From assembly GCA_000091205.1 (NCBI GenBank), contig AP006496.2: a DNA stretch of 64,000 bases. The stretch is one strand, 5' to 3'. A model generated the notes under the pieces. The model was not told where the DNA came from and ran no database searches. It was given only the letters and a program-made list of their open reading frames with translations. Shown here piece by piece: positions 1 through 10,705 of this stretch. The position numbers and the translations under genes are program-made. The first letter of the stretch is position 1; each line of letters starts with the position of its first letter. The stretch is from Cyanidioschyzon merolae (taxonomy: Eukaryota).

Positions 1-31
1 CTGCTACTTTGGTTATTGCTCTTGTTGCTTT

Positions 32-895
32 TTGTTGCAGCAGCGTTTGTTGTCACTTTTGTTCCTGCTTTTTGTTGCTGCGTATGACGTGCTCGTCGAG
101 CTTGTAGCGTTCCTGGTAGCACAGTTGCGCATGAGGTCCCCGTCGAGCGCCCCTGTGACCTGGGACATGACAGTGCCCTCTGTCGAGGAGGTCGCTCAGT
201 TACTGGAGGAAGCGGAATCGCAGTTGAAGCGGTTTGACAGTGTGAGCGAGGCCTTGGAACGCGACGTTCACGCGTTACGGGCACTCGTCGAGCAGGTGCC
301 TGCTGCAGCGCACCTGGAGCGAACGTCAGAGACGTCGACAGGCCAACCGCTCGTGTTCCAGTGGAACCAGCAGCATAGTGCACACCTCGACCGGCTTGTC
401 ACCCAGGAACGAGCGACCGAGGCGTCCGACATGAGCGTCTGGAGACGTGTTGCAGATGCACTGAAACCAGCACTGCCCCTCGTTAGAGAGGCGTTCGCCC
501 CGGAGTCTCTCGCTGAGGCGTGCCGCACGCGCTACCTGGCTGTAGAGGCGTATCGAAAACGCGCAGACTGGGCTGACGAGCAGCTGACAACGATGCTTCT
601 GGGCCTGGACGCTGTGCCTGGGGTTTCGCGACAAGCGCTGCTGCTCGCGCACCAGTTACGGCGGCCTGCGCAGGCAAAACAGATCAGTGCGCTCATCGGG
701 CGTCGAAAGAAACTCATTGATCGATGCCTAGCGATCGAGGCTGAGCTTGAACAGCAGCGAGTGCAACTGGGACTGCTCCCAACCGACAAGAACGGTGCGG
801 AGCCGATGCGCTCCGCTGCCGAGTCTACCACCAGCAGTAGCACCAGCACCAGCGCTGCATCGTCGCATACCGCGCTCGAGCCGGATCCGGACTGA
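32..895 (+). CDS. Hypothetical protein, possibly 5'-truncated at the window edge; C-terminus is Ser/Thr-rich
   Basis: 287-aa ORF with mixed composition including D, E and K, and no recognisable domain. The ORF may continue upstream of position 1. Confidence 0.35.
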   Translation: MLQQRLLSLLFLLFVAAYDVLVELVAFLVAQLRMRSPSSAPVTWDMTVPSVEEVAQLLEEAESQLKRFDSVSEALERDVHALRALVEQVPAAAHLERTSETSTGQPLVFQWNQQHSAHLDRLVTQERATEASDMSVWRRVADALKPALPLVREAFAPESLAEACRTRYLAVEAYRKRADWADEQLTTMLLGLDAVPGVSRQALLLAHQLRRPAQAKQISALIGRRKKLIDRCLAIEAELEQQRVQLGLLPTDKNGAEPMRSAAESTTSSSTSTSAASSHTALEPDPD

Positions 896-3847
896 GGTAG
901 ATTGCAGCTTTTACAAAAATATGCGGACGTTTCCAGGCGGCTCTGCAAGCTATCCGAGTACCCAGCAGACTGCGTACTCGTCGCGTCGTGAGGCTGCTGG
1001 TAAAAAGCGTAGACCCGCGTCTCCGGTGGTGCTGCCACCCGGACTGGCCCAAGCACAGCGAGCCAACGACGCACAGCGTCTACCTGCTTAACTGCCACGG
1101 ACGGTAGGCGCCTCAGACAACACGCCCTAAACGTTCTGGTCGGACGATTTGCGCCTCACGAGTCATAACGCTGGTTGAAACGTCCAACAAGGCGGCGGTT
1201 GCAGGTCAGCGCTTGAAAGGCAACGCCGCAGCGGGCGCGCGTTCCGAGCCGCACTGCTCGAGCCGTTTCCCCAGCCGCTGCTGTGCTCACAAGTCTGGGA
1301 ACATGTGGATAGTTCGCCTGGCTCGATCAGGCAAAGATTGGTTTCGAATAGGTTTGTGCTCGCTGATCTTGCTCCTTGTGCTCTTGTCGTCAAAGTCAGG
1401 TTCAGCGCGGCTGACAGGAGCCCGAGCGTGCCGACGCCTCTTCAGTGGACGCTTGAACTGGTCCGTGTTAGGGCGTTTTTCGCAGCGCTTGGTACCAGCG
1501 CAACTGGAGCTGAACCATGCCCTCGGTGTTTGCGAGAATCGGACGCATTGCTTTTGCGGCACGCAGCGAGTGCGTATGCTGAGCCTCTACCCGGACGCGC
1601 GACGAGTACGGAGTCTTGTTTCGCACAACGGAGGTGTGTCGTGTGCGCTGCGCCCTCGGGGTGCGCGCTTGTCCTACCGCTGCTCCTGCGAAGGGCTGAG
1701 CGTGTGTCGAAAAGTTGGTAAGAGGACCTCGACGCAGCCGTTGACGTTGTCTGCCGATACTGTCGACCGAGAGGTGCTCACGCAGCGCTTTGGCTATTGG
1801 GAAGTTCCCTGTGAACGGCGCGAGAGCGAGGCACTCGAACTCGTCTGCCGCTGATACACTAGCAATTGGTGCCTGCCGTCGCGTCTTTGAGGCGGGACTG
1901 TATTTGAAATGCACCCGACTGGCATGCACAGACTACCTTGTAAGCGCCAGGAATGCTGAGAGTGAGTCAGGGACCTCGCGGCGATGCAGCAGAATGCGCT
2001 CAACCTACTCTCGATGCGCTCAGTGTGTACACGACGAAAACATCACTGGCAATTTTACTGGGTGCTGTATTGTCGGGCTACTCTCGATGCGCTCAGTGTA
2101 CACGACTAGAACATTACTGGTAATTTTACTGGGTGCTGTATTGTCGGTCTACCCTCGATGCGCTCAGTGTACACGAATAGAATATTACTGGCAAGTTCAC
2201 TGGGCGCTTTGCCGAGGGCCTTACTGCCGAGCACCTCGGTCGCATCGTGGATTCCTCGTGGACTCATCGAGTGTGTGGCGAAGCGGTCGAGTCTCTCAAG
2301 GCCTAGATAGCGCTTGTCTGGGTGTGTGGGTGTGTATATGTATGTGGCAGATTGCTAGCTAACGTGCTACCGGGATGCATCAAGTGCAGGACGCTACGAG
2401 CAGGTGCTGATGTCTGCGTCTGCAGAGCGCTCTACGACGCTTGCGATCGCTATGGATATTGGTGGACTCTGCGATGGAGCGTGATGCTGCTCTTGTCGCT
2501 GCAGCACGTTGTCTCGAGAGCCATTGCTCGGATATACGGCACTACGAAGAGTAGTCGCTCGTGCAAGAGGTATCTGCAAGGGCTTCCGAAGCAGCAGTAG
2601 GTACAAGAACGGTCGTGGGCCGCTCATATCACGCGAGCAGCGAGAACAATCATGCTCCAACAAGACGGCTTCTACAGCACTGAACTTGAAAGCCGCGCGG
2701 GTGCCGGAAGCAGTTACCAGTATCCGAGAGGACGACCTGTGCAGCGAGCCGAGGCTGCCACTATGCTTACCCTGGCGTCTCTGTGGAGAAACGCTTCTCA
2801 CGCGTTTCCCAACAAGTGTGGTAGAGCAAGCGCGTTTCCAGTAGCATCTTTGCGGAGGAACGCTTTTGTTTGGACGTGCACCCGGGGGCGGCGGCATTCG
2901 CGCTGCAACCGGTTTGCGTGGACGCTCGGTGTCATGCATGTATCCTGACCTATCCACAATAGAAATGCAACGTACGGCCTGGCCGGGTGTTTCTCTTTAG
3001 CGGTCCGCCAGAGAAACGTTCTCGGTGCCTGTGAGGACGATCAAGTTTCAGGGCGTGCAACGCAACTAGAACCGCAGCTCGATACAACGCGCTTCACCTC
3101 GGCGTCATGCAGCGCTGCAGCGCTTCCCAGTGCGACCACAAAAGACACCATGAGGCACCTCTCTGCGACGTTCTCCATTTGTTCCGCCAGCCGAGTGGCA
3201 GCTGCGACAGATACCAGGCACTGAGCGCTCGGCACTGTACCCGAGTCTTCTGCGCGACAAGCTCGCTATACCTGTTACTGGACATGCTGCAAGTAAATGC
3301 CCCTGTTTGGCTGCGCTTCCCCCGGGGCAACGACCTTGTCTGCACCGCACACAAGCAATACTTCGGGTACTGCGCGCTGGACTTCCATCCTAACGCAGAA
3401 AAAGTCTCTACGGGAGCACAGCGCCCCTGGAGGACGCGTAACAGCGCGCACGCTGAAAGCCCCTCGAAGCGAGCACACTCATCGGAGCCTCAACGACTCC
3501 GTGCTTCTCACGGAATTCACGCGGTCCACTCGTTGTTGATGCCATAAACTGCAGCTTCCCCTCAAAGCGTGAACAAAGGAGCCAGCGCAACACACCCCAG
3601 CACCAGCGTCAACGAACACACCGCAGAGACAACGATGTAGTTTGCTGGTTTTCAATCTATAGCACCATACGAATCGTGAGATACCCCCGATACAGATGCA
3701 TCAGATTGTCGAGTTCCTTTTTTACCCCGTCGTATCCATGGATCTACGCAGATTCCCCCAGTCCTGGTGCATAACGTCCACAGTTCCCGATAGTCGCAGC
3801 ACGTTCGCACCATCAGCGTTGCCCGATTCCATGCAGAAGCGTTAGCG

Positions 3848-4882
3848 TTGCAGCGCGCTGTTGCCATCCTAGGTACGCGTCTTTCAAACGAGTTCATGTC
3901 GTCCCTGGGAACGACTGCTACTACCATGAAAAATCGTCAAGTACAGCTGATTGCTCTGCAGATGTCCATGGTGCCAAACGAGCCTGCGAAGAACGTGGCT
4001 CGGGCAGTGCAAACGTTGCAAAGCTCGTTGACCGAGGCTGGTGCCGCACCAGCTGGTGTGCAACGGATAGCCCTTCTGCCGGAACTCTTTGCCGCGCAGT
4101 ACTTTCCTGTAGACGGCGGGGAACCGCGTCACTACAGTCTGGCAGTGCCGTCGCCGTTTACCGAGCCTGAACACTGGTTCTGGCGCGAGATGGCGAGTCT
4201 CTGTCGACAGACTGAGGTCGTGTTGGCAGTGTCGTTCTTCGAGCAGGCCGGGGGCTGGACGTTTTTCAACTCGCTGGCGGTGCTGGACCCGGGCGCTGCT
4301 GACCTCTTCGTTCAGCCTGTTTACAGAAAACTTCACATCCCGCACTCGCCGGGCTACCACGAAAAGTTTTACTTTTCGCCTGGCGATACCCCGCCCACGG
4401 TGTACCAGACAAGTCGGGGCATTCGCATTGGCGTCGGTATCTGCTGGGATCAGTGGTTCCCCGAGCTCGCACGATGCCTTGCGCTGAACGGTGCAGAAGT
4501 GCTACTTTACCCGACCGCTATTGGGAGCGAGCCCCAGGATCCGACGTTGGACTCGCGGGAGCACTGGCGTCGCACCCAGCAGGGTCATGCTGCTGCGAAC
4601 CTGATGCCGCTTATGGCTGCGAACCGTACCGGAATAGAGCTTGCCCAGGACGGCTCAATGCAGATTCGTTTCTACGGCTCCTCGTTCATCACCGACAATA
4701 CGGGTGCTATCGTGGCAGAGGCATCGCGAGACGCTGACCCGGTGGTGCTCTTCAGCCCCGTTATGGACCTGGACGCGTATCGGGAAGCGCGACTCGCCTG
4801 GGGCGTGTTTCGAGATCGTCGGCCCGATATGTATGGGTCGCTGCTGGCCTTGGACGGTGTAGCGAAGCGCGCGCCTGTGTGA
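3848..4882 (+). CDS. N-carbamoylputrescine amidase (CN-hydrolase / nitrilase superfamily)
   Basis: The ORF contains GVGICWDQWFPE, which holds the catalytic Cys of the E-K-C triad. It aligns over long stretches with plant N-carbamoylputrescine amidase as I recall it, including HIPxxPGYxEKFYFxPGDT, AEVLLYPTAIGSEP, DSREHW, QGHAAANLMPL, RFYGSSF and WGVFRDRRPDMY. The true start may be an internal Met (MSSLG or MKNRQ). Confidence 0.85.
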   Translation: MQRAVAILGTRLSNEFMSSLGTTATTMKNRQVQLIALQMSMVPNEPAKNVARAVQTLQSSLTEAGAAPAGVQRIALLPELFAAQYFPVDGGEPRHYSLAVPSPFTEPEHWFWREMASLCRQTEVVLAVSFFEQAGGWTFFNSLAVLDPGAADLFVQPVYRKLHIPHSPGYHEKFYFSPGDTPPTVYQTSRGIRIGVGICWDQWFPELARCLALNGAEVLLYPTAIGSEPQDPTLDSREHWRRTQQGHAAANLMPLMAANRTGIELAQDGSMQIRFYGSSFITDNTGAIVAEASRDADPVVLFSPVMDLDAYREARLAWGVFRDRRPDMYGSLLALDGVAKRAPV

Positions 4883-5179
4883 ACGCGAACAAAGAAAGCA
4901 TGAGTAGCGGAAAAAGCTGCCCGTCAGTACCGCGTAAGCATGCTCATCTCGGGACTTGGGCACGCTATTCGAGTGGAGCGCGAAAACGACGACACTGGTA
5001 GCGCTACGACACTGGACCTGTTGCCGGCTCGCTGCAACCGGATTGTCAAGGCCGCTCTCGGAAGTGTAGCGCAGCAGTCCATCGCGTGATACCACAGAAT
5101 CCAAGCGGTTTGTTCTTTCGATAGACACATCGAGCAGACTGACCAGGAATCCTCGATCGTGCACGCGATATGGTACCGC

Positions 5180-5607
5180 TATGATCCAGGAAAGCGTGTA
5201 TCATGCTTTACCGGACCTCTTTTTTTCCATGATCCATTCTTGGTGTCGGCGATAATCCAGGAAAGCGTGTATCATGCTTTACCGGACCTCTTTTTTTCCA
5301 TGATCCATTCTTGGTGTCGGCGATAATCCAGGAAAGCGTGTATCATGCTTTACCGGACCTCTTTTTTTCCATGATCCATTCTTGGTGTCGGCGATAATCC
5401 GGGAAAGCGTGTATCATGCTTTACCGGACCTCTTTTTTTCCATGATCCATTCTTGGTGTCGGCGATAATCCAGGAAAGCGTGTATCATGCTTTACCGGAC
5501 CTCTTTTTTTCCATGATCCATTCTTGGTGTCGGCGATAATCCGGGAAAGCGTGTATCATGCTTTACCGGACCTCTTTTTTTCCATGATCCATTCTTGGTG
5601 TCGGCGA
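5180..5607. repeat. 71-bp minisatellite, about 6 copies
   Basis: gataatccaggaaagcgtgtatcatgctttaccggacctctttttttccatgatccattcttggtgtcggc repeats, with a single A/G variant (ccagg or ccggg). Confidence 0.9.
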
Positions 5608-6279
5608 CAATCCGGTCATTTCGTATGCTCCACCGTACGCCGAGTCTGTTGTGAACGCCCGCAACAGCGCCTCTAGCGATACTCCAGACGCTGCATGGCG
5701 AACGAACGACTTTGCCGCTTGTCAGAGGGCTTCGGCTCATCGACTAGAACACCCCGTGGCTAGCGTGCACACCTGATTCATCGCATCGCTATCGATCCTG
5801 GGACGGAGAAATGTCATTGAAACTAAACATGGACTTGCCATCGCGAGACAGGGATCGCTTACCCCGTCAACTTGCCGTCTGTACGCACCGGAGTGGACGA
5901 GTTCCACTACGCTTCAATCCGCATTGCTTCTCGAGTCATGATGCGTCCATCGGATTGTCTGGATGCGAACCTACTGTGAGCGCTCGCTCACGCGCCCAGG
6001 CATTGCCACACGAAGGCGACAAATTGTTGTCGTAGCGCCATGCGGGTGTCACCGCTCGAATGCCTCCACTGATGCGCTGTCGCCGCAGCGGAGCGGCAGC
6101 CTGGCGGCACCAGTCGCTGATCAGCACCAAGTCAATGTCGTGGCTCGCGCGCTGCCAGGGCGCCCCAAGCAGTAGGTGCTCCACAGCTAGCGCCGAGCCC
6201 TGGTCGAATCGAACCCAACAACATAAAGTTTACACGGATAAAAATCCGAACTAGACCCGATGAAACTGTTACTCTACGA

Positions 6280-8112
6280 TTATGCGTTCAGAACGTTGCA
6301 AACAGACACTGCAGGAACCGGCCAGGCTTTCCGACGACTCTTGCGGACGCCCGAGAGACGCAACAAGCGAGTCTCGAAATTCAAGTTAGGATCGCATCCA
6401 TCCATAGCGAGGAGCGAAGCGTCGCCACCAGTACGCCGGTCGTCTGCTGCGTGTGCCGGGTTCGCGCCACAGCCGCCAGTCCAGGTGTCGCTGCCACTTG
6501 CACTCCGCCAAGGCCAATGAAACACACCGAACACGCTGCCTGGAGAGTATTGCGGGAGCCAGTTGCGCTCGGCGCTCGTGGAACCTGACTTGGTACAGCA
6601 GGATACCGAAAGCTCGTGCCCGTCACCTGCATCCCGCCCGCAACCCCTCGAACTGCTGCCTATCCACACTGTACCACCGGGCGTGCCACTAGTCCTGTCT
6701 TGGACGCGTTTCGATCCCCGGCCATTGGCGACGCGTTTGGCGAGAGACTTGATCGCGCGTCCCGTTGCCACTGAACGCGGTGGACGCATACGCCGACCTC
6801 TCGCCGAATGATGCTCCGTTGACTGAGATGTTGTGCCGCTATCCCGCATACCAGGTGCATCCTGAAACGCGCGCTCATACATCACTTGGTGCTGGACATT
6901 GCCAGGCTTCACGTGGCGCAGGCGACCCTCGCGCTTTGCCCGTGCACAAAACTCGCTGAGCGTCTCGCGGCGAAATGACGGATTCAGGTCGAAGCGTTTG
7001 CGCGAATCATCTGGCTGGGTCACCAGACAAAAAATGGAGCAAAACGCGTAATCCTTTTGAAGAGGGCGCCAGCACGTTCGACAGCGACTAGCGCTGCTCG
7101 ATGCCCCCTGCCACGAAGTTGGAACGTGGGCGGCGCCAGTGTCCGAGCCCGATCCACGAACTAGATACATGACTCGCTGCCCATTGTTCAAATAGCTCTG
7201 GACCTGACTCACGTCCATCTCTTTGCAGATGTCCTTGGCGAGCACCACGTCGTGATACATGTATCTACAAATGCCAATGTGTGGATGCGAGGCGTGTGGT
7301 GCATCACCGAATTCCAACTGGCGCTGTCGGTCGACGCAGAGCCGGCAGACCGCTTCGCAGCAGTGCAGACAAAACACGGTGCGCTCAATCCAGCGTTGGT
7401 TAACTTTCCGAGAATCGTGTCCCGCGCTCTTATGCACGCCGCAGATGCTGTAGAATGAGGTGCGGAAGAGCTTCGGCAGCCAATCGGCCATCGCAGCCAA
7501 TGGATCGCTACCGCCTTTCATGGGTGCCGAGTCCGTGTGCGTATAGCGACGGACGACGGAAGTCGGACCGCTGGTGAGCGCAACGCCCCGCTCGCCGCCC
7601 TCCGAGTCAGACGATATGGGCGTTGTTGGCAAGCGATCGTCTGCTGGCGCGCTGTGCGGCTGTGGTGCCGTCACACATAAAGTTCCATATTCGTTGATTC
7701 TCGAGTTCTCGCAACCCCCCCACAGCTTAGTGTATCCATCTGATGTCCATTCATTCAAGCTAGCTGTTTCCGAAGTGCTCGCGCAGTGCACGAGACTCTG
7801 TTCCGGCACTGCGGGAATGGTCGAGGTCTCGCAGGCGTCACGCACGCTGCTCACAACGCCAACGCCGAGAAAAGCGTCTCTGACGTGAAAAGCGTACGCT
7901 CCCCCAGGCCCGGAGGCCGAGCTGTTCAAACGCCCGGTCTGGGACGAGTCCATAGGGTCCAACGACACAACCCAGTATGCGAATGGACGTGTACACGGTT
8001 CAACTGCCGTGTAGTCGCTTAGAGAGAGCGTCTGTTCCATCCAAAATTTTGCCGCGCAGCAGAAATATCTACGATCGGGCAGATATGGCTGTCGGTGGCG
8101 TGCTGGCACCAT
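6280..8112 (-). CDS. PLATZ-domain zinc-finger protein with long low-complexity flanks
   Basis: The central block FCLHCCEAVCRLCV...HASHPHIGICRYMYHDVVLAKDICKEMDVSQVQSYLNNGQRVMYL...SRCRTCWRPLQKDYAFCSIFCLV matches the PLATZ signature (IRRYVYHDVV...VQxYxINxxKVVF...CxxCxRxLxxPFxFCSLxCK). The domain lies at about 7020-7380. The remaining roughly 490 aa are S/G/R-rich low complexity, so the true start may be internal. Confidence 0.65.
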   Translation of the reverse strand: MVPARHRQPYLPDRRYFCCAAKFWMEQTLSLSDYTAVEPCTRPFAYWVVSLDPMDSSQTGRLNSSASGPGGAYAFHVRDAFLGVGVVSSVRDACETSTIPAVPEQSLVHCASTSETASLNEWTSDGYTKLWGGCENSRINEYGTLCVTAPQPHSAPADDRLPTTPISSDSEGGERGVALTSGPTSVVRRYTHTDSAPMKGGSDPLAAMADWLPKLFRTSFYSICGVHKSAGHDSRKVNQRWIERTVFCLHCCEAVCRLCVDRQRQLEFGDAPHASHPHIGICRYMYHDVVLAKDICKEMDVSQVQSYLNNGQRVMYLVRGSGSDTGAAHVPTSWQGASSSASRCRTCWRPLQKDYAFCSIFCLVTQPDDSRKRFDLNPSFRRETLSEFCARAKREGRLRHVKPGNVQHQVMYERAFQDAPGMRDSGTTSQSTEHHSARGRRMRPPRSVATGRAIKSLAKRVANGRGSKRVQDRTSGTPGGTVWIGSSSRGCGRDAGDGHELSVSCCTKSGSTSAERNWLPQYSPGSVFGVFHWPWRSASGSDTWTGGCGANPAHAADDRRTGGDASLLAMDGCDPNLNFETRLLRLSGVRKSRRKAWPVPAVSVCNVLNA

Positions 8113-8285
8113 TGAGCTGAAATGAACAAGTTTAGATCACTTTGATCCAAGTTGGGCTGCTGCTGAACGGACAGCGCACGGATAGCTGTCGGTGGTGTGC
8201 TGGCACCTTTGATCTTAAATGAACAATTTATATCACTTTGATCCAAGTTGCGCCGCTGCTGAACGGATGGCGCACGGAAGGCGTT
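8085..8285. repeat. Two to three copies of a degenerate 95-bp repeat
   Basis: gctgtcggtgg(c/t)gtgctggcacc...aaatgaacaa(g/t)ttta(g/t)atcactttgatccaagttg(g/c)gc(t/c)gctgctgaacgga. Confidence 0.7.
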
Positions 8286-10705
8286 GCGCTATGCGGGTAC
8301 CTCTCTGTGGTGCAGCATTTCCAATGGCATGCCATTGGGTACTTTTTCGCGGTCAAAAGCAGAAGCGTTCAAAGTGCGATCACTTGGTGATATAAAAAGA
8401 CCAATAGAAAGGTATGGACATGGAAGACGGGCATCCTTGAGGGCCTGGTGCCGCCGGATTCCAGAAAAAAAAAACGAGAAAAAGAGTCCTCGTCTCGCTG
8501 CCCATCGATTGTAGAAGAGCACGTGTCGAAGAAGAAGAAGAAGAGCGGTGATAGGCGAGACAAGGTGTTTGCCTGACGGGACAATGACGAGACTATTATG
8601 GCACAATGAGTGCGCGTTCGAAAAATCATCGTACTGATGAGTTCAACCGGATGCAATAAACGCATCTAGTTCGAGAACCGAGAACGGAACACCGCCATGA
8701 ATATCAGACGCTGTGTAGCGCTGAAGTCTAGACCCAGGGAGCTGACACCAGCCAACTTTGTGGGGCAGCCTCTCAGGCTATAAGTGTTCAACGAGAAACT
8801 GAGACCGATAGCAGGCGGCCGGTCAAAAAAGATTGGCAGACGCCTGTGAATAGGTACATATTTACCCTCCATGGTCGTGAAACGATGTTCGTTTTGCTGA
8901 CGTGTATAGACATTACTACCGTTCCATAAATGCTACATTATATGTCCGATACAGGTATTCGGGCAAGCGTCTATCATTCCTCACCCTACCTCCAATTTTC
9001 ATGATCCATGCATCCTCATCGAGATACTAGTCGATTTCGAACGTTCCACAGTGCGTCGAGCCTGACCTGAACGTCCGCAGCAATGCTTGTAGCGCCAGTG
9101 CGAATGGAGCACGTTGAACAAAACGGCTTCGCCATACCACGGAAGGCATCGGCTCGAGGCACGATTCATTGGTCACAGAGTCGGGACGCATCATCATTCC
9201 GGAATCCTGCAAGCTGCGTAGACATACCCGCTGCTTGCGACTACGCGAAGCGATGTGCTACGTGACCACAGCGACCAGGGCAACGCCCGGATGCTGACCT
9301 CTCACATCTCGTCGCGGAAGCGAGTCTGTCGCGGACGAGGTGCTCGGGCTTCGCCACAGCACCCGGCACTGGAGCGAGCGTCACACACCAGCTTGGTAGA
9401 AGCGTCGGGGTCAGGGGACCGGACCTCATGTCTCAAAGGTAAACTTCCGAATGCACGGAAAGCTGCTAATTCTTACATCCCATCCCGTCGACAGGAATTA
9501 CCCAGTCAAATCACTGCTATTTCGTGATTCGTTTTCTTCCTTGTCCGTGGCAGCAGCTGTCCTATGGCTAGTTCCTCTCCACTTGGACACGTTGGCCAGC
9601 GGGTCCGCCCTAGCCTCGTTTCCGACGGGATCAAGCCCCTATTCCAGACACGAGCGCTCCTGCAGAACGGATGAAGCATGCACGGGTCTATGGAGAGCCC
9701 GCGGCCCTCGCCCTTGATTCCCTGCACATGATACGCGACAGGACGCTGCGCTTTGGCACTTGCAGGCCGAGTACCCCATCTCCGCCGCTGCACCCTATAC
9801 CAGTGTGCGGGGTCGTATCAGCGAGAAGCCAGTCGACGCTGCCTGCAGAGCGATCACGCTCTCATCCGGCAGAGGCGGGCTCTACAGGTTCGCTTGACTG
9901 CGAGCTCCCATTGACGCAAAACAAACGAGCCACCGATCCTGTCATATTCGGAAACGTCTACAGGCGTGCTGAGGAAGCTCGATCGTACAGTCACTCTCCA
10001 GCTGAGGATCAGGGCACCTGATGCGTCCGATGCTGCCTCGTCGCCGAACAAAGCACCCGCGCTCTCTTCCACGAAGTGGTTGTGCGTCTGGTTAGGATCC
10101 GTACTAACGCGTATCGCAAGCTGGCTGCATTTCAATGCCCGAATACCGTCGCCCTGCCAGTGTACTTTGCTGCGTACACCAGACGAGGAGGCGGTGCTCC
10201 GCAGCCAGCACCCGCCCCTCTCGACGGAATACATGTCGCTTGGCTCGGACATTCCAGTGCCTGAACGAGACCCGTTCAGCGCTGCGGTCGGCGCTGCACG
10301 CCATCAGTGTCTCCCCACACTTGTCTATGTTCAGACGGGAGCCACTCGCTGGCAATAGCCGAAGGCAGCGGACGTCCACCGTGGGGAGCTTCCACATGCG
10401 CTTTTCCGAGTCACGATCAGAGTACGGGTTCACCGCTCACGTTCGCAACGTTCACGCAACCTCATGTGAGGAATCAGCACGTTTCGAAACAGATGCATGG
10501 ATGAAGACCATGTTTACCGGCACTAAGGTCACGTAGATTCGCAGCAGTCACTGTATGGCACTGTATGAAGCAATGCTCTGAAGCATTGCCTATGTCGATG
10601 TGGCTCGTTTGTCGTCTCCGCGCGTCGCAGCCGGCATTTGGAAACCAGCGCTCAGATGCCACCTTGCCCGCGAGGGAACAAAATGCGTCGCTGCTTCACA
10701 TCGAG

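Noticed and set aside
1213-1854. ORFs 1213..1854 + (213 aa) and 1468..1929 - in the first intergenic stretch. Similar isolated ORFs occur at 14272..14802, 16036..16584, 16772..17413, 19030..19398, 40471..41181 and 44722..46874.
   Set aside because: They are Arg/Cys-rich or overlap each other on opposite strands, and none has a recognisable domain. They are not reported as genes. Some could be real small lineage-specific genes, which expression data would settle.
6185-6220. tRNA-like string ggtcgaatcgaaccc resembling a T-arm.
   Set aside because: I could not assemble a cloverleaf (acceptor stem, D-arm, anticodon arm) on either strand. It is most likely chance similarity.
8615-8680. CTGATGAG followed by a perfect GATGC / GCATC hairpin, reminiscent of a hammerhead ribozyme core.
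   Set aside because: No downstream CGAAAC, and no helix I / helix III pairing could be found. An isolated 8-mer is expected by chance in 64 kb.
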